A stretch of DNA of 64,000 nucleotides, from assembly GCA_964016885.1 (NCBI GenBank), contig OZ024742.1, forward strand, positions 214,024,001-214,088,000, in the 5' to 3' direction. Position 1 is the stretch's first letter; each line of letters begins with the position of its first letter. Positions 26,134 to 40,110 of the stretch are shown here, in pieces. A model generated the notes under the pieces. The model worked only from the letters and a program-made list of their open reading frames with translations, ran no database searches and was not told the origin of the DNA. The stretch is from Eledone cirrhosa (taxonomy: Eukaryota). A program made the translations under genes and the position numbers.

Positions 26134-27270
26134 TGTATAAATGTATTTATAATTTTGAATTTGTATTTAATTATACACATTCATAATGTGTATGTTTGCC
26201 AATGTACTTTAAGGATTTTTCATTTTACATTTGTTTTGTCCATTATTTTTCTCAAATAAAATAAACATTATGTTGTTACTAATGCTACATGTAAAAAATC
26301 GTCACACCTTCATCATTATTTATATTATTTATTATCGCTAGTAGTACCAGTAAAAATAATTATAGTAGCATTATTAGAATAACATCAATAACAAAAGCAG
26401 AGTAAGAAAAATGATCGAAGCAAAATGAATAAATAAATAAATTTCTCCAATGAACAAAATACACTCAAAATATCGTTTTGAAGATCAGATAGGATGCAAT
26501 TGTAGTAATAGTTGCGATTCACATGCTGCCCTCCAGTGCCTCGAATGTGACTGGAATATGTAAGTTATTTGTAAGAAGAAAAAAATTAAATAAAAAAGAG
26601 TGTGAAATTATATATGCTGATGCACGTTCGTCTTGCTCAGTGGAGGATACAATCTAAAACAAATAAGAATAGAAAATTGGCCTAAGAATACATTTCATAT
26701 AAATCTATTCAAAAGGAATTATATTTTTATTTCCGTGCAATCGTTGGAATTCTACATTTTTATTCATTAAATCTATCAATATCGGCTACATCATCAAACG
26801 GTACAATGGCGTCTTAGAGTTTTGCTCTCCGATAAATATGCAAATTATCTTGAAAGAAGAAACTAAAACAAAAGTAAAAACAAACAAATAACGAAACAAT
26901 AAAAAAATCAAATAATAAAAAAAAATATCATCTCCATCAATAATTATTATCTTCTGTAGTTTTAATTGTTTTGTCCTCAAGGGAGTGGTTTGTTTCGAAT
27001 GTGCATGTAAAGCTGGTATCCAATATGCAACAATGTATGTAATAATGGCCGCCATAGAACTGAGAAGTGTAAAAATATTGTGAAAATGTATAGTGGATAT
27101 TCATACATATACATATGCACATATATGCACATGTACGCACATATATACACACGTACACCATTGCCTACCCCCAAACACGCATACGGGCATAAGAAGAGAG
27201 AGTGATAGAAAAGAGAGGGAGAGAGAGTTATATGTGTATACGCATCTTCACATATAAACACAATTGTCTC

Positions 27271-27344
<74 letters not shown>

Positions 27345-27444
27345 GATGTATACTTGTATATATATTTACAATATAAGTATGTATACATACATACATATAT
27401 GTATATATATACATATATGTATATATATATATATACATATATAC

Positions 27445-27475
<31 letters not shown>

Positions 27476-27481
27476 CATACA

Positions 27482-27528
<47 letters not shown>

Positions 27529-27709
27529 GTGTGTTAGATTATTTCTTTTAATTTGTTTTATTCGAATTGACGTAAATCACAGCAACGAGTATTGACAATC
27601 TGTAGTTTCGGGATCCATGCTCTTCTAGTGTCAAATCTCCTTTACATGAAATAAAATGCACAAACTCACACACACGCAAACACGTATTTACTTAAACCCG
27701 CATATATAT

Positions 27710-27819
<110 letters not shown>

Positions 27820-27985
27820 GACGGGAAGAGGAGTAAAAATCGTTCGACAACAAATTTGAGGACAGTTTTAAAATATTTTCTTTCTGATTTATTGTAGTAC
27901 AAGTAATTATATAGTTTAGTTAAAAGTATAGTAATAAAATAGGTAAAAACAAGATTTGAATAGAAAAAGTTCAAACCATCTAAAC

Positions 27986-28501
27986 CAGTGATTCTCAACC
28001 AGTGTGCCGCGAGGTCTTCCTAAGCATGCCGCGAAATTTTGAACATCACACTAAGAAAATGCGAAAAACCACGTGATCCCAATTGAATATTCACAGTCTG
28101 TGGTGTAACATGTTGCACCACATAGCTTTGTTCATTTAGGGATGAGCGAAATGTTTTCAAATGTCGCAATGCTAAAAATTCTATATATTTTATTGTTTCG
28201 TTCCTCATAAGTATTGATCATATGAATGGATATTGGTCAATACTTGTCTTAAGGAAGAAAAAAATACATTATTATATCATGCATCTTTTTTTCACTTTTA
28301 TGGTAGATTCTACCTCTAAAACTGAGAGAAATTATATATTTCTTTTTCATCTAGTCCTAATTTTTGCTGAGATATGATCAAAAATGGTTGAAAAATAGCG
28401 TAATTTTCAGAGTTCAAATTTTTCATATATATTTAGCCAGGTGTGCCGCTACCTTTTGTGTTCCAAGGTGTGCCGTTGACAAAACATGTTGAGAACCACT
28501 G
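27986..28501. mobile_element. hAT (Charlie-type) MITE
   Basis: TIRs CAGTGATTCTCAAC / GTTGAGAACCACTG; 8-bp TSD ATCTAAAC / TTCTAAAC. Confidence 0.88.
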
Positions 28502-29605
28502 TTCTAAACCTTCCTCACTCCTGATTACTCGAACCCTCAACTTTCTCTAGTTATTCTTGCGTCATTGAAATTCAAGTGTCTTTTATGGCGTGCTCACCGG
28601 TTAAATTATTCGAGTAGGATCCAACGTCATGTTCGTTGATTTGTAAGATTTCATAACCACGATTTCAGTATGATCGTATATGCCTTTCCGAACTGTTTCC
28701 CAGTTTGAAATGTCCTGAATCTTTTATACTCGTCATTGATCACCATTTAGATTTGAGAATGTCTGTAATATTCAATGGGATAATATTCAGTTTCTCCTCA
28801 AGGTAGATGGGTCCCTTTTCCCAGGAGTTGGATCTTATTTCACTGTAGAACAATCTCCACAGGATATACGTTCTATTTGAAAAGAGGGTTTATTTCTTTA
28901 TGGAGGATGATCACACTTGCACATTTAAAAATTACGTTTTGGATGTGTTTCTTTAGAAATTTATTCGGAAATAACTACCGGCTATCCTCGACTGCCATCT
29001 CGTCTACATCCCCATGTGTGGAGTGGATGGAAATGCTGTGGTGAACGGGCGCATTGATGCCGTCCGCTTTGTCTTTGCCCTCAACAATTGCGAAGAAAAT
29101 TTTCTCTCGTGTTTCTCCTTCCATAAGAGGTCGTGGATCAATTCATGGGATTAGGGGAATTTACAGAGTCCTTAGTGTAATTTCTCTGGTTCTCGTTGCT
29201 CTGAGATCAGTTTTGCTGAGGTCAATTTGTATTTCATCTTTTCGGAGACGATAAATAAATTCAGAGTAACGAATTATACAACTAGAATGTCGAATATGAA
29301 GCGTTGTTGCAGGTCTTTCCAGCCATTATGATCAAAGTTAGTTTGGCATGTCGTGAAGCTTCCTTTTCTGTACCCACGTTGCTGGGGTAGAGAGGAGAGA
29401 ATAGCATCCACATATTAATAGCTAGTTTTCTGCCAAAAATTCCTCTAGGGCATGCGCCTCGGACAGGAACTATTCAGGTGCATATTCATAACATTACGAG
29501 ATGTAGAGATATACTGAGCACCACGAACATACACACACGCATACACACATACACAGACACACACAAACATCCACATACACATGCACGCACACGCGCACAC
29601 ACACA

Positions 29606-29700
<95 letters not shown>

Positions 29701-29779
29701 CACACACACACACATGTACATGTATATGTATATAATAGTTATTTAGTTATTTGGTATGTACATTTCAGCTACTGATGTT

Positions 29780-31445
29780 TCATAACTTTAACTTCTCACT
29801 GGTATTATGTGGATACGGCTATGGATACAGGACTCGGCATTTGTGCTTGCAATGTGTTTTATCTTTACAATCTTCAATTTGGGGCAATACTGACCTTCTT
29901 ATGTACGACATTATCGGTTCTGTGATATGTTTATATACTATGCCATGTTGTTTTCTTTAGCTGTAATGTTGTCTTTGAACCCAATCACTCTTCCACCTCA
30001 TCTTTTTTCTGGGATATATATCTGTCAGTGTCCCTCTTTGGATGAAATACCTCGTACCTAGTCAACAGCCTTCTCGTCTTTCGGTCTAAACTGCGTAACT
30101 CTTCCACTTCTCTATATATAAGGAGCGAGACGACCTAGGCGTTGAGAGCTTCAATCTTATTCTATCCATTCAGTTTCAACTTAAGGATAAGTTTCTGTCT
30201 GTGCAAGTATTCCGCCTAAATGTTTTCTTTTATTCCCTCCTCCATTATGTTGTTCATTTCCAGTAAACCCAAGGACTTATAACCCTCCTCTTCTATTTGG
30301 TTCTTAACTTCCATCGATTGCAGCAACAACACATTCACATATTCTGCAGCTACTTCCTGTATTCTGCTTCATTATGTACATCATGTGGTTTCAGTTCAGT
30401 GCTCCGTAGTCAGTTTTATATATTTGGCTTGTCTACTTCCTCTCTATTCAGTTTTGTTTTGTATTGGCCATGTAAAGAATTTTCTTGCCATCGTTTTAGT
30501 AAGTAATTCTGGAGATCTATTTTCAATTAATATTTTGCTTTTCACAATTTCTCTTGTTGCTTCATCTTTGTTTCCATTTAACTTTCAATTATCTGTCAGA
30601 CCAGCTTCCTTGAAGACAGAAAGCCTTGTTTGTTTTATTCATGTTTCGTCGGGATTTATATTAACTTACCTATGTTATTCGTTAGATATTTTTGTAGTCC
30701 TACAGTGGTTATTTTATAAAAGTTCTTTAGTCGCATAAGGCACCTACCCCTTGTATTTCTATATCTGATTTGCGGTGGTGTATTCTAAATGTAGTTATTT
30801 TTGTCCTTGCTTTTCAGTCTATTCCTGCTAGTTCTTTGGGTGTCCAGTTCAGAATATTAAAACTATAGCCTATTACTGGGACCGCTAGATAACTGATGTC
30901 AATTATTCCATTCTTTGCTTATAGTTCTCTTTTAAGTAGTAATGTAATCCGTCGATATATTCCCTACGAATCTTTTCTTTCATCTGTGTGCATTGAATCA
31001 GGTTTAGTTCGTTCATTCCGTTGTATTTGTTTGATCTAATTCTCTGAACACGGTTTGTTTAGCATAATATTAGTGTACTTCATCATTATTATTATTACAT
31101 TAATATCTCAAAAAATGTCCCTAATGAACATCAAGCCGCTACATGCAGCATCAAATATTCAGGACGTATCGGAGGTTCCTTATTGTTCCGAGTAGGCATG
31201 CCTTCTGGAGTATTCTAAACTCTTCTTTAAACAGTCTTGGAAGCTCTTTGAGATAGTACCTAGTGCTCATGGCGATGGGGACGACCTTGATTCATGACAT
31301 TTCCAAATTCTTTTCAGTTCCCACATTAATTCCTGGTACCGGTTAATTTTCTCCTCCTTTTCTTGCACTCTTATGTCAAAGGGGGAAGCTACATCTGTAA
31401 TCAAGCAAAATCTTTTTGCTCTGTCAAAAACCACAAAGTCAGGCC
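29780..31445 (-). pseudogene. Highly decayed R4/Dong-like fragments
   Basis: 31130-31445 reads RPDFVVFD..CLITDVASPFDIRVQEKE.KINRYQEL.WELKRIW, similar to the 52-56 kb elements; RT-like remnants (GYKSLG) at ~30.0-31.0 kb. Confidence 0.6.
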
Positions 31446-31449
31446 TTAA

Positions 31450-32225
31450 ACAATAAATATGAAGATGTGTTTTTTCTCTCTCATAATTATTTGAAAATAT
31501 CTATATTTTATTTTAAGAATATCAAAATTGAAATGATAATAGAATTTAGAAATGAAAATCTGTAAGGTAAACATATTCATTGTCATTTTTTGTTGGTGTC
31601 CAAATGAATGAATTGTTACTCACACACTCACACACATGCACTCTCACATACATATAGTAAGACAGACACACACAGACATACATCCACTCATACCTAGCTG
31701 TCATAACATATGTATCTCTGTGTGTAGATGTGTGTGTGTGTGTGTGTGTTTAATTGTCTGTGTGTGAAGATAATGTGTATGCAACTTACTAACGCTATAT
31801 GCATGTGTGGGTTTAATTCTCTGAGGCCTAACGTTAAAATCAAATTATCACATATACACTCACGCACACATACACTCACACACACATACACTCATATACA
31901 CTCACGCACACATACACTCAAACACATACATTCTCACATACACTCACATACATATACTAAGACAGACACACACACAGACATGCATTCACGCACACCTGTC
32001 TGTCATCACATATGTATCTGTATGTGTTGATGTGCGGTTGAGTTTAATTGTCTATACGTATGTGTAGATGTGTGTGTGTGTGTTTAATTCTCCGAGGCCT
32101 AACGTATGCAACGAATTCGCAAACACACACTCACAGACACATACACACTCATATACAATGGGACATCATCGTGGTGATGGTGTTGGTGGTGGTAGTGGTG
32201 GTAGTTTACTATAGTTCACTATATA
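31450..32225 (-). mobile_element. Partial copy of the Helitron-type element at 60065-61143
   Basis: Reverse complement of blocks such as TTCATTTGGACACCAACAAAA and CGTTAGGCCTCAGA. Confidence 0.65.
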
Positions 32226-32370
32226 AAAGTTATTTTAGATAGGATATATTTTTTAAATCCAAATGAAAATAAAAATTACATGTTGAAACTCCCGGGCTCT
32301 AATACCTTGTAAAATTAGATTTGATGGTCCAGGCGTTTGAGAATGCATAGGAACAGACAGAGAGAGAGAG

Positions 32371-32443
<73 letters not shown>

Positions 32444-32561
32444 GTGAGTAATATTGTAGAACAATAAAACTATGCATATATCAGATAAGTAGCACTCAAC
32501 AGTTGTTTGAACTGGAGTATATATAAAGAAGAAATTAAAAGATGGTTAAAAAAGTTCCATA

Positions 32562-32631
32562 TATTTTATTATGCGCATTTCGAAAACAAGATCAACCTGG
32601 GACAAAAATTGTGTTCTCATCAGATAGAATA
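32562..32631 (-). ncRNA. Type I hammerhead ribozyme downstream of a Naiad-type fragment
   Basis: Minus strand: TATTCTAT-CTGATGA-stem II-GAA-ATGCGCAT-A-ATAAAATA; stem I 7/8 paired; palindromic stem III; AUA site. Confidence 0.75.
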
Positions 32632-32820
32632 AGTTAACATGATATATGAAGCCTAAAAACACTTGTGAACAAGAAAGTGTTCAGTCAACATATGACAAAA
32701 ATATAATAGAAGAGAAAAATAGGAATAATGAAGAAAAGGAAAGAAGAAGGAAAAAGGAAAAAGAAATAGAAGAGGAAAAAAGAAAGAAAGAAGTAGGAGA
32801 GAGAAATGAGAGAAAGAGAG

Positions 32821-32877
<57 letters not shown>

Positions 32878-33537
32878 CGTTTGATCGGGAACGCTGTCAA
32901 AAATGAAAAACAGCTGTGAATAACGGCTAACAAAATAATAAAAATAAATAAATAAATAAATATATAAATAAATTGATGAGGTAAATGTGCTAATATTAGA
33001 AATATTAGTGGTATAGAATATGGAAACTGGGTATATTATTTAATATCGAGTTTGAATACTAACAATTGGATTAAGAAGTGTAAAAATGTATTAATAAAAT
33101 AAAAAATAAAATAAAATAAAATAAAATAAAATAAAATAAGATAGACTAGAATAAAAAAAATAATAAATAATAAATAAAAATAAGAATAGTTTATCTATGC
33201 CAAAATTAAAAATTACTATTAAAAATGTATATATGTGGGGTATAGTATTTGATTATTATTTTATATCAACAAGTAAATAAAGGAAATTGCTAGAAACGTT
33301 TATAAACGTAGAAAGACATATGACGTCATAGATTGTATATAAAATCTACGAAGGTTTGAACGAAAAAATTAACGCCAATAGAGAAAGATGGTGAAAGGCT
33401 TAATAATGCAGAGAAAAGGGGATTAAAACATTGTAGAATATAATGAAATATGTGAGAATAATGTGTGAAAAGATATATGTGTAAAAATATATATGTGTAA
33501 AAAATTAACCGTTATTCGTAGAATAAGTTATAGGACA

Positions 33538-34385
33538 TTAGCTGTATAACTTGTGAAAGGTCTTAAAAGATTTATGAATACAGAGACCAAATAAATCCGT
33601 ACGTCTATTAATTAAAGAGTTGAAATTCGAGATAATGGTAAATTTTTCAGCTAGACATAAATTACAAACCCTAGACATGGAAGCGATGGAGTAAGGTAAA
33701 GCGTTGCAAATTTTACGCTAAGAGATTTCGTAATTAATGTTTTTGTCTTTTAAGGACTAGATAAGTTCTGAGAGTGCAGTGCTGGTCCTTTTAAGTGGAT
33801 ATTTAAATGTAGAAGAATGGTTATAGAGTCTTGCTTTAAAAGAAGTAGACCCAATGTAGCTATAGGTATTGGTCTATTAGGTTTTTATCGAGACAGAAAT
33901 TACTAAGAGGACAATTAGTTCTAATAGGGCAGTTGCATTTACGATTAAGATTATTAACAGAGTTATTTACCAGTGGCCCAGGATTATTTATAATAGGAAC
34001 TGGAGGGGTGGAATTAGCTAAAGGAGGTGCTAAAGTTTCCTGATTTATTTGAAGCATTCCTCAAAGATACATTTGACGTCGTATTTATATTTATGTTATT
34101 TTGCCTAGAGTTTACATTGACGTCGGGCCTTAGAGTGTTATTATTATGACTCTCATGGTTAGATGCATATGAGTTATTATTTAATATTTTATAATTATGT
34201 CTTGAGATAATTTTTCAAAAGTTGGAAGTAGTGGAATATGAGAATTTAATGGTATGCTTATTAAAAATCTTGCTATAAATATGTGAAGGGGGAAGCTGTT
34301 ATCTAAAGACCTAAAAAATAATTTAGGGATATTACTAATAAGTGAAAGTGAGAAGGGAGCGTTGTACCAAAGGATATTTTTATAT
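33538..34385 (-). pseudogene. Naiad-type PLE, linker + GIY-YIG endonuclease, decayed
   Basis: LWYNAPFS, IFNKHTIKFSYSTT, CNCPIRTNCPLSNFC, YIGSTS and CNLCLAEK motifs. Confidence 0.8.
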
Positions 34386-35015
34386 CGCAGCTACGTTCCT
34401 AGAGTACTCGGAAAAATTAATTTCCATTTATTTCGCTAGACGATACCACTCGAAACTGGCTGACACGTGGTTAGGAGGTGCTGGCTGGGATTTATAATCG
34501 AAGGCTTTTATCTTTACTCCATATCCCACCTTTATAACTTATCGAGATTACCTATAATACACTGAAACTTTTTTCATATAAGACTCTCTCTGTAATTTCA
34601 TTAAATAAATCTAGCAACACAAACATTTAATTTTCTATTAATTTTCTAATAATTTAATTTCATCCTATAACTCTTAACATAAGTTAACGTTCCAATTTTC
34701 TGTTCACACATTAGACCATACAGATACCCATATATATGCCTTTGTTAAAATATTTTTTCTTTGGAATAACATTTTTCGCGGCCTCCTCTAGCATGACTGG
34801 CTTTTCTTCTTTCTTTCTTTCTTTTTTTATTCTCTGGCGGGGGTGGTGGTAGTACATTATAAGCCTTCGCCCCCTCACCAGATGGTCATTAGTAGACCGA
34901 GTTGCCATCACTTGAGGGCGACTGACCGAGGTGAAAGCAGCTAGTTGATCAGTCGTCCTCTCTGTCTCTGATTTTCGGACCCATGAATTTTATATATTCC
35001 TTTGTTATATTTCGA

Positions 35016-35073
35016 ATACCTGATGATATCACCGGATTCATACGGAACCCGGTCATTGAAATGATCATAGTAT
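35016..35073 (+). ncRNA. Type I hammerhead ribozyme
   Basis: ATAC-CTGATGA-stem II (ACCGG/CCGGT)-GAA-ATGATCAT-A-GTAT. Confidence 0.75.
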
Positions 35074-35822
35074 AATAAACTTTTCAAGAATTTACACCAG
35101 TCCAGCCTCCTGTTATTTTATTTGTAATATATATATATAGGTATAATATGTGTGTGTGCGTGTGTATGCATGAGAGTGTGCGTGTGTATGCATGAGAGCG
35201 TGTGTGAGCGTATCTATATGTATGTGTATATATGTATATGTGTATATATGTGTGTATATGTATGTGTATATGTATGTATATATATATGTAGATATGTGTG
35301 TGTATGTGTGTGTATGTATGTATATATATCTGTATATGTATGTGTATATATTTATATGTGTGTGTGTATGTATATATATATATATGTATATGTATGCCTA
35401 TGTATGTACACATATATATGTATATGTGTATGTATGTATTTATATGTATGTATGTGTGTATGTACCTTTATGAATGTTTGTTGTGTGTGTGCCTGCCTGT
35501 GTGTACGTGCGTGTAAGTGTATGTACGTGTGTACACGGGATGATGGAACCATAGGACATTACCGTGGCGGTTACGTGTAGCTGTGGGCTTGCTACGGGTC
35601 GTGTTGGCTAGGTAACCCATTATCATTGTTGCTATTGTGGTGAAGCCTTTTACGCGTCCCTTTCGCTTTATGCTCGGGTGCACTCGCCTTCCTTACGTTA
35701 CGTTTACGTGTAGCTAAACGCTGGTTAGAGGGTGTAGGTAATAGGCCATCGCTATTGTTAATCTTATAGGAAGGGAATAAATCTAGTAGGCTACAGCAGC
35801 TAACGTTGCCTGAACCGTGACC

Positions 35823-35924
35823 ATTATTATTTTGCCTTTCATCCTTACGGGGTCGATAAAATAAAGTACCAGTAATGTACTGGGTAATTGCTGGCCTTGT
35901 GCCTAAAGTAGAAACAATTATTAT
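35823..35924 (+). mobile_element. SINE-like 3' fragment with (ATT)n tail; second fragment at ~51606-51665
   Basis: GGGTAATTGCTGGCCTTGTGCCTAAAGTAGAAACAATTATTAT is identical at both loci. Confidence 0.6.
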
Positions 35925-36085
35925 GCGGTAGGTCTTCTACACCACCACTCATATATATATATATATTAGAAAGTGAGGGTTTTTTTACAAAATGTAAAAT
36001 AACCGAGGGGTCCTACACGTGTGAAAGTATAAAGAAAAAAAGATGAAATCGAAAATATATATATATATATATATACATATATATG

Positions 36086-36500
36086 TATTGGTAAACGGAA
36101 TAGAAAATGCTGACAAATTGTTCACAGTTGAAAAATGGTTTAATTAGGAATAAAAGAGTATTAGTGATTGTATGGGTTAGTATTCAGTTGTGGTTTTAAG
36201 TTTTTAAGTTTTTACCGGTTGCGCATTTCTAAATGCTTTTCAAAAATAATTTTGAGATAGAGTGTCCGTGCTGTTTGCTCTGATGAGAGCAGAGCAAACA
36301 GATCAGAGCAAACAGCACGGACACTCTATCTCAAAATTATTTTTGAAAAGCATTTAGAAATGCGCAACCGGTAAAAACTTAAAAACTTAAAACCACAACT
36401 GAATACTAACCCATACAATCACTAATACTCTTTTATTCCTAATTAAACCATTTTTCAACTGTGAACAATTTGTCAGCATTTTCTATTCCGTTTACCAATA
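36086..36500. repeat. Long palindrome: 199-bp arms, 17-bp spacer
   Basis: 36086-36284 is the reverse complement of 36302-36500, no mismatch seen by eye; (TA)n flanks. Confidence 0.92.
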
Positions 36501-36551
36501 TATAATAACTTGTGTGTTACACCTCTATTCTTTTAACAAACATATATATGT

Positions 36552-36624
<73 letters not shown>

Positions 36625-37149
36625 TAATTTAATATATCAACTAACATAAGCGCACAGATGCACGCCCATGCTAGCAAATTTAAGTAAGTAAAAAATAAAA
36701 AAAAAACTTTTTTTTAAAAAATATTTTCTTATTTTACGTCCTTTATATTATTGTTCTGCATTCTCCTGCATTGAACCACCTATGTACTATGACATAACCT
36801 GTGTATTTGCTAGCATGGGCGTGCATCTGTGCGCTTATGTTAGTTGATATATTAAATTATCTATATTTATCTCCAAATCACTGATTTGTCGAGCAAACTT
36901 GCCAAAACCACTTCTAAAAAAATTTTTTTGGGGGTGTTAGTAGGCGTCAGTCATCTTACCATCCCATTCCTTCTAACTAGCCTCTGTGTCACGTGATTGA
37001 TTCTTTAGAATCGGCCATTTGACTTGAAGCAGTGAGAATTTCGGTACATAGAATCCAGTCCTCGCAAACTGTTCGATCTACCGAATTATTATTATTTTTA
37101 TATGAGCCGCCAGTGTCCGCGCATTGCCTGGAGACTTAACTGAGAATAG

Positions 37150-37231
37150 ACTCCCTGATGACGCAATGAATTCTCGACAGTTGGATTACGTAACTGTCTT
37201 TATCCCATTGCAGAAACTAATTAGTTGGAGT
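37150..37231 (+). ncRNA. Type I hammerhead ribozyme (unit 1)
   Basis: ACTCC-CTGATGA-stem II (GCAATG/CATTGC, GACAGTT/AACTGTC)-GAA-ACTAATTAGT-T-GGAGT; GUU site after 37226. Confidence 0.85.
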
Positions 37232-37708
37232 GAAAATTTAAGTAAGTAAAAAAATTTTTTAAAAACTTTTTTTTAAAAATATTTTCTTATTTTACGTCCT
37301 TTATATTATTGTTCTGCATTCTCCTGCATTGAACCACCTAGGTACTATGACATAACCTGTGTATTTGCTAGCATGGGCGTGCATCTGTGCGCTTATGTTA
37401 GTTGATATATTAAATTATCTATATTTATCTCCAAATCACTGATTTGTCGAGCAAACTTGCCAAAACCACTTCTAAAAAATTTTTTTTTTCGGGTGTTAGT
37501 AGGCGTCAGTCATCTTACCACCCCATTCCTTCTAACTAGCCTCTGTGTCACGTGATTGATTCTTTAGAATCGGCCATTTGACTTGAAGCAGTGAGAATTT
37601 CGGTACATAGAATCCAGTCCTCGCAAGATGTTCGATCTACCGAATTATTATTATTTTTATATGAGCCGCCAGTGTCCGCGCATTGCCTGGAGACTTAACT
37701 GAGAATAG

Positions 37709-37790
37709 ACTCTTTGATGACGCAATGAATTCTCTACAGTTGGATTACGTAACTGTCTTTATCCCATTGCAGAAACTAATTAGTTGGAGT
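37709..37790 (+). ncRNA. Hammerhead ribozyme (unit 2), core mutated to TTGATGA
   Basis: Copy of 37150-37231 with a C3-to-T change. Confidence 0.7.
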
Positions 37791-38203
37791 GAAAATTTAA
37801 GTAAGTAAAAAATAAAAAAAAAAATTTTTTTTTTTTTACAAAAATATTTTCTTATTTTACGTCCTTTATATATATATATATATATATGTAGATAAATCTA
37901 CCAAGAGTTTACGGTAGTGTCCAATCCGTATGAAGAACTCAATGTATTCCGGATATCATGGAAAGAAGAGATGTAATGAAAAACCACTTTCGGTGAAAAA
38001 TAAACGGTATACAGAGTCAAGATAAAATATTAAACAAATAATGAATAAACAATTCCTTATATTAAACAAAAAAAGTTCATTATTTAACGATCGTTTCTAG
38101 GGTATATATGTGTTATAATTGGTATGCATATTCAACAGATCTATGTACAAAATTATACAAAATTATACAAATTATCAAGATTAAATATACATACCAAAAC
38201 AAC

Positions 38204-40110
38204 CTGAAAGATCACAAATCTAACTTTAACTCTAATCCTTCTATTAGACTTATATGTCCCTCCAAATCAGATATTGGAATAATTAGCAAAAAAATTTTAG
38301 ATAGAGTCATCCCACAAATAAGAAAACACGTTATTTTACCACTCTGGGAAAACACCTCCCAGGTAATTAACTGGTTTAAAAATATTAGGTGTAAATCTTC
38401 TGCTTCTTTCCTACAATTTGATATAGATAATTACTATTCTTCTATATCACCTATACTCCTGAACAAAGCATTGATATTTGCTAAAAATAGATCTAACTTA
38501 ACTTTGGATGACATTAACATTATTACACATGCTAGACTAACACTTATTGAATTTCAGAATGAATACTGGACCAGAAACACATACAGTAATCTTTTTGATA
38601 TTACTATGGGTTCAAGCGATTCCGCCCAAATTACTGATCTTGTGGGCCTCTTTCTCCTTTTCAACATAAATGCCTCTTTTCCCCACCTCAAAGGTGGTTT
38701 ATATCGTGATGACTGTCTTCTTCTTTCTAACAACCTTAGCCTTTCAGAAATCGAAAAAAACAAAAAACATATTAGAACTTTCCTTAAAGACTATTATAAT
38801 CTTAATATTACTTTTGAAAAAACAAGTAAAGTAGTAAATTTCCTAGATATAACTTTAGATTTAGCTACGGGTATCTACCAACCTTACCATAAACCTAACC
38901 AAAACTTACATTACATACACTCACAATCTAATCACCCTAAATCTATCCTTAAAAACCTTGCATATAATATATCACTTAGAATTTCTAACCTTTCTTCTAA
39001 CCAAGATGTATTTGATAAAAATGCGACCTTTTATAATGAAGCTCTAGATAGAAGTGGCCACAAAAATAGATTAGAGTATATACCTTCTACTAAAAATACT
39101 GAAAGCATACAACATAATATTACCAACAAACACCAAATGAAAAGTACACACCTAAATGCCACCCACAATATACCCCAAAATACTAAATCTTCTAATATAA
39201 AGTATAGTAACCCTCAAAAAACTACTCATCATACAACTATAATAAATATTAATAATAAAACTCCTAATAAAAAAGATAAAACACCTAAATCTACAAATAT
39301 AACTAAAAATAGTTGTGGTGAGATCATTAACATTAATCCTCCTAGTAAAAATCACGATACAACCTATAAAAATAATAAAAATAATAAACAACATAGAAAC
39401 CGTAATAGACGGGTTACTTGGTATAATGCTCCTTTTAATTTACAAGTTAAGGATAATATTGCTAAAAAATTTTTTTATATCCTTGAGAAAAACTTCCCGC
39501 CAAACCACAAATACCATCAAATCTTAAATAGGTCTACAGTTAAATTCTCATACTCTACAACAAATAACATAAAACAAAATATAAGTGCATATAATGCATA
39601 TAAATGTAAGAAAACCATAAGTATACCACCAGTACATCAAATTAACCATAATATCTCCTCAAATACAGAATTAACGAAAGGATGTAACTGTAGAAACAAA
39701 GCAAACTGCCCATTAAAAGGGAATTGTCTTGTTAACAACATAATCTATAAATGTAATGTTAAAACTAAAGATTCTATTTGCTCATATATAGGAGCTACCT
39801 CTAACAATTTTAAGACAAGGTTTAATACCCACAAGCATAGTTTTTTAAAAATGCCGCACTGGCTAATACAACATCTCTAGCAGAAAAAATCAATAGTTAT
39901 AAAAATAAGAATATAAAATATGATTTGACCTGGAGTGTGCTCAAAAGAGCCACCCCTTATCAAAATAATAGAAATGAATGTAGATTATGTTCCCAAGAAC
40001 TATTTGAAATAATGAAGTCTAAGGATATCTTATTAAATAAACGACAGGAATTAATTATATCGTGTAATCATAAACTAAAAAAAACATTTAAATATTATAA
40101 ACCTAATTAA
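38204..40110 (+). pseudogene. PLE reverse transcriptase + GIY-YIG endonuclease (one frameshift near 39860)
   Basis: RLICPSKSDIG, FLQFDI, MGSSD, GLYRDD, FLDITLDL, SNHP, WYNAPF, CNCRNKANCP, IIY..YIG and CRLC motifs; the CxCx5C and CxxC motifs match Naiad. Confidence 0.9.

Larger units (their letters stand above)
36619..37870 (+). mobile_element. Non-coding retrozyme / tandem pLTR: 2.1 copies of a ~559-bp hammerhead-containing unit with an inverted 5' piece
   Basis: Units 36676-37233 and 37234-37792, partial 37793-37870; 36619-36679 is the reverse complement of ~36805-36865; (TA)n on both sides; no ORF. Confidence 0.85.

Noticed and set aside
28510-29440. Complex sequence, possibly a LINE 5' end/ORF1 on the minus strand
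   Set aside because: No diagnostic motif could be recovered by eye.
38108-38203. N-terminus MCYNWY... of the 590-aa ORF
   Set aside because: It is the inverted pLTR read fortuitously in frame; the same peptide appears at 43579-43773 on the minus strand.
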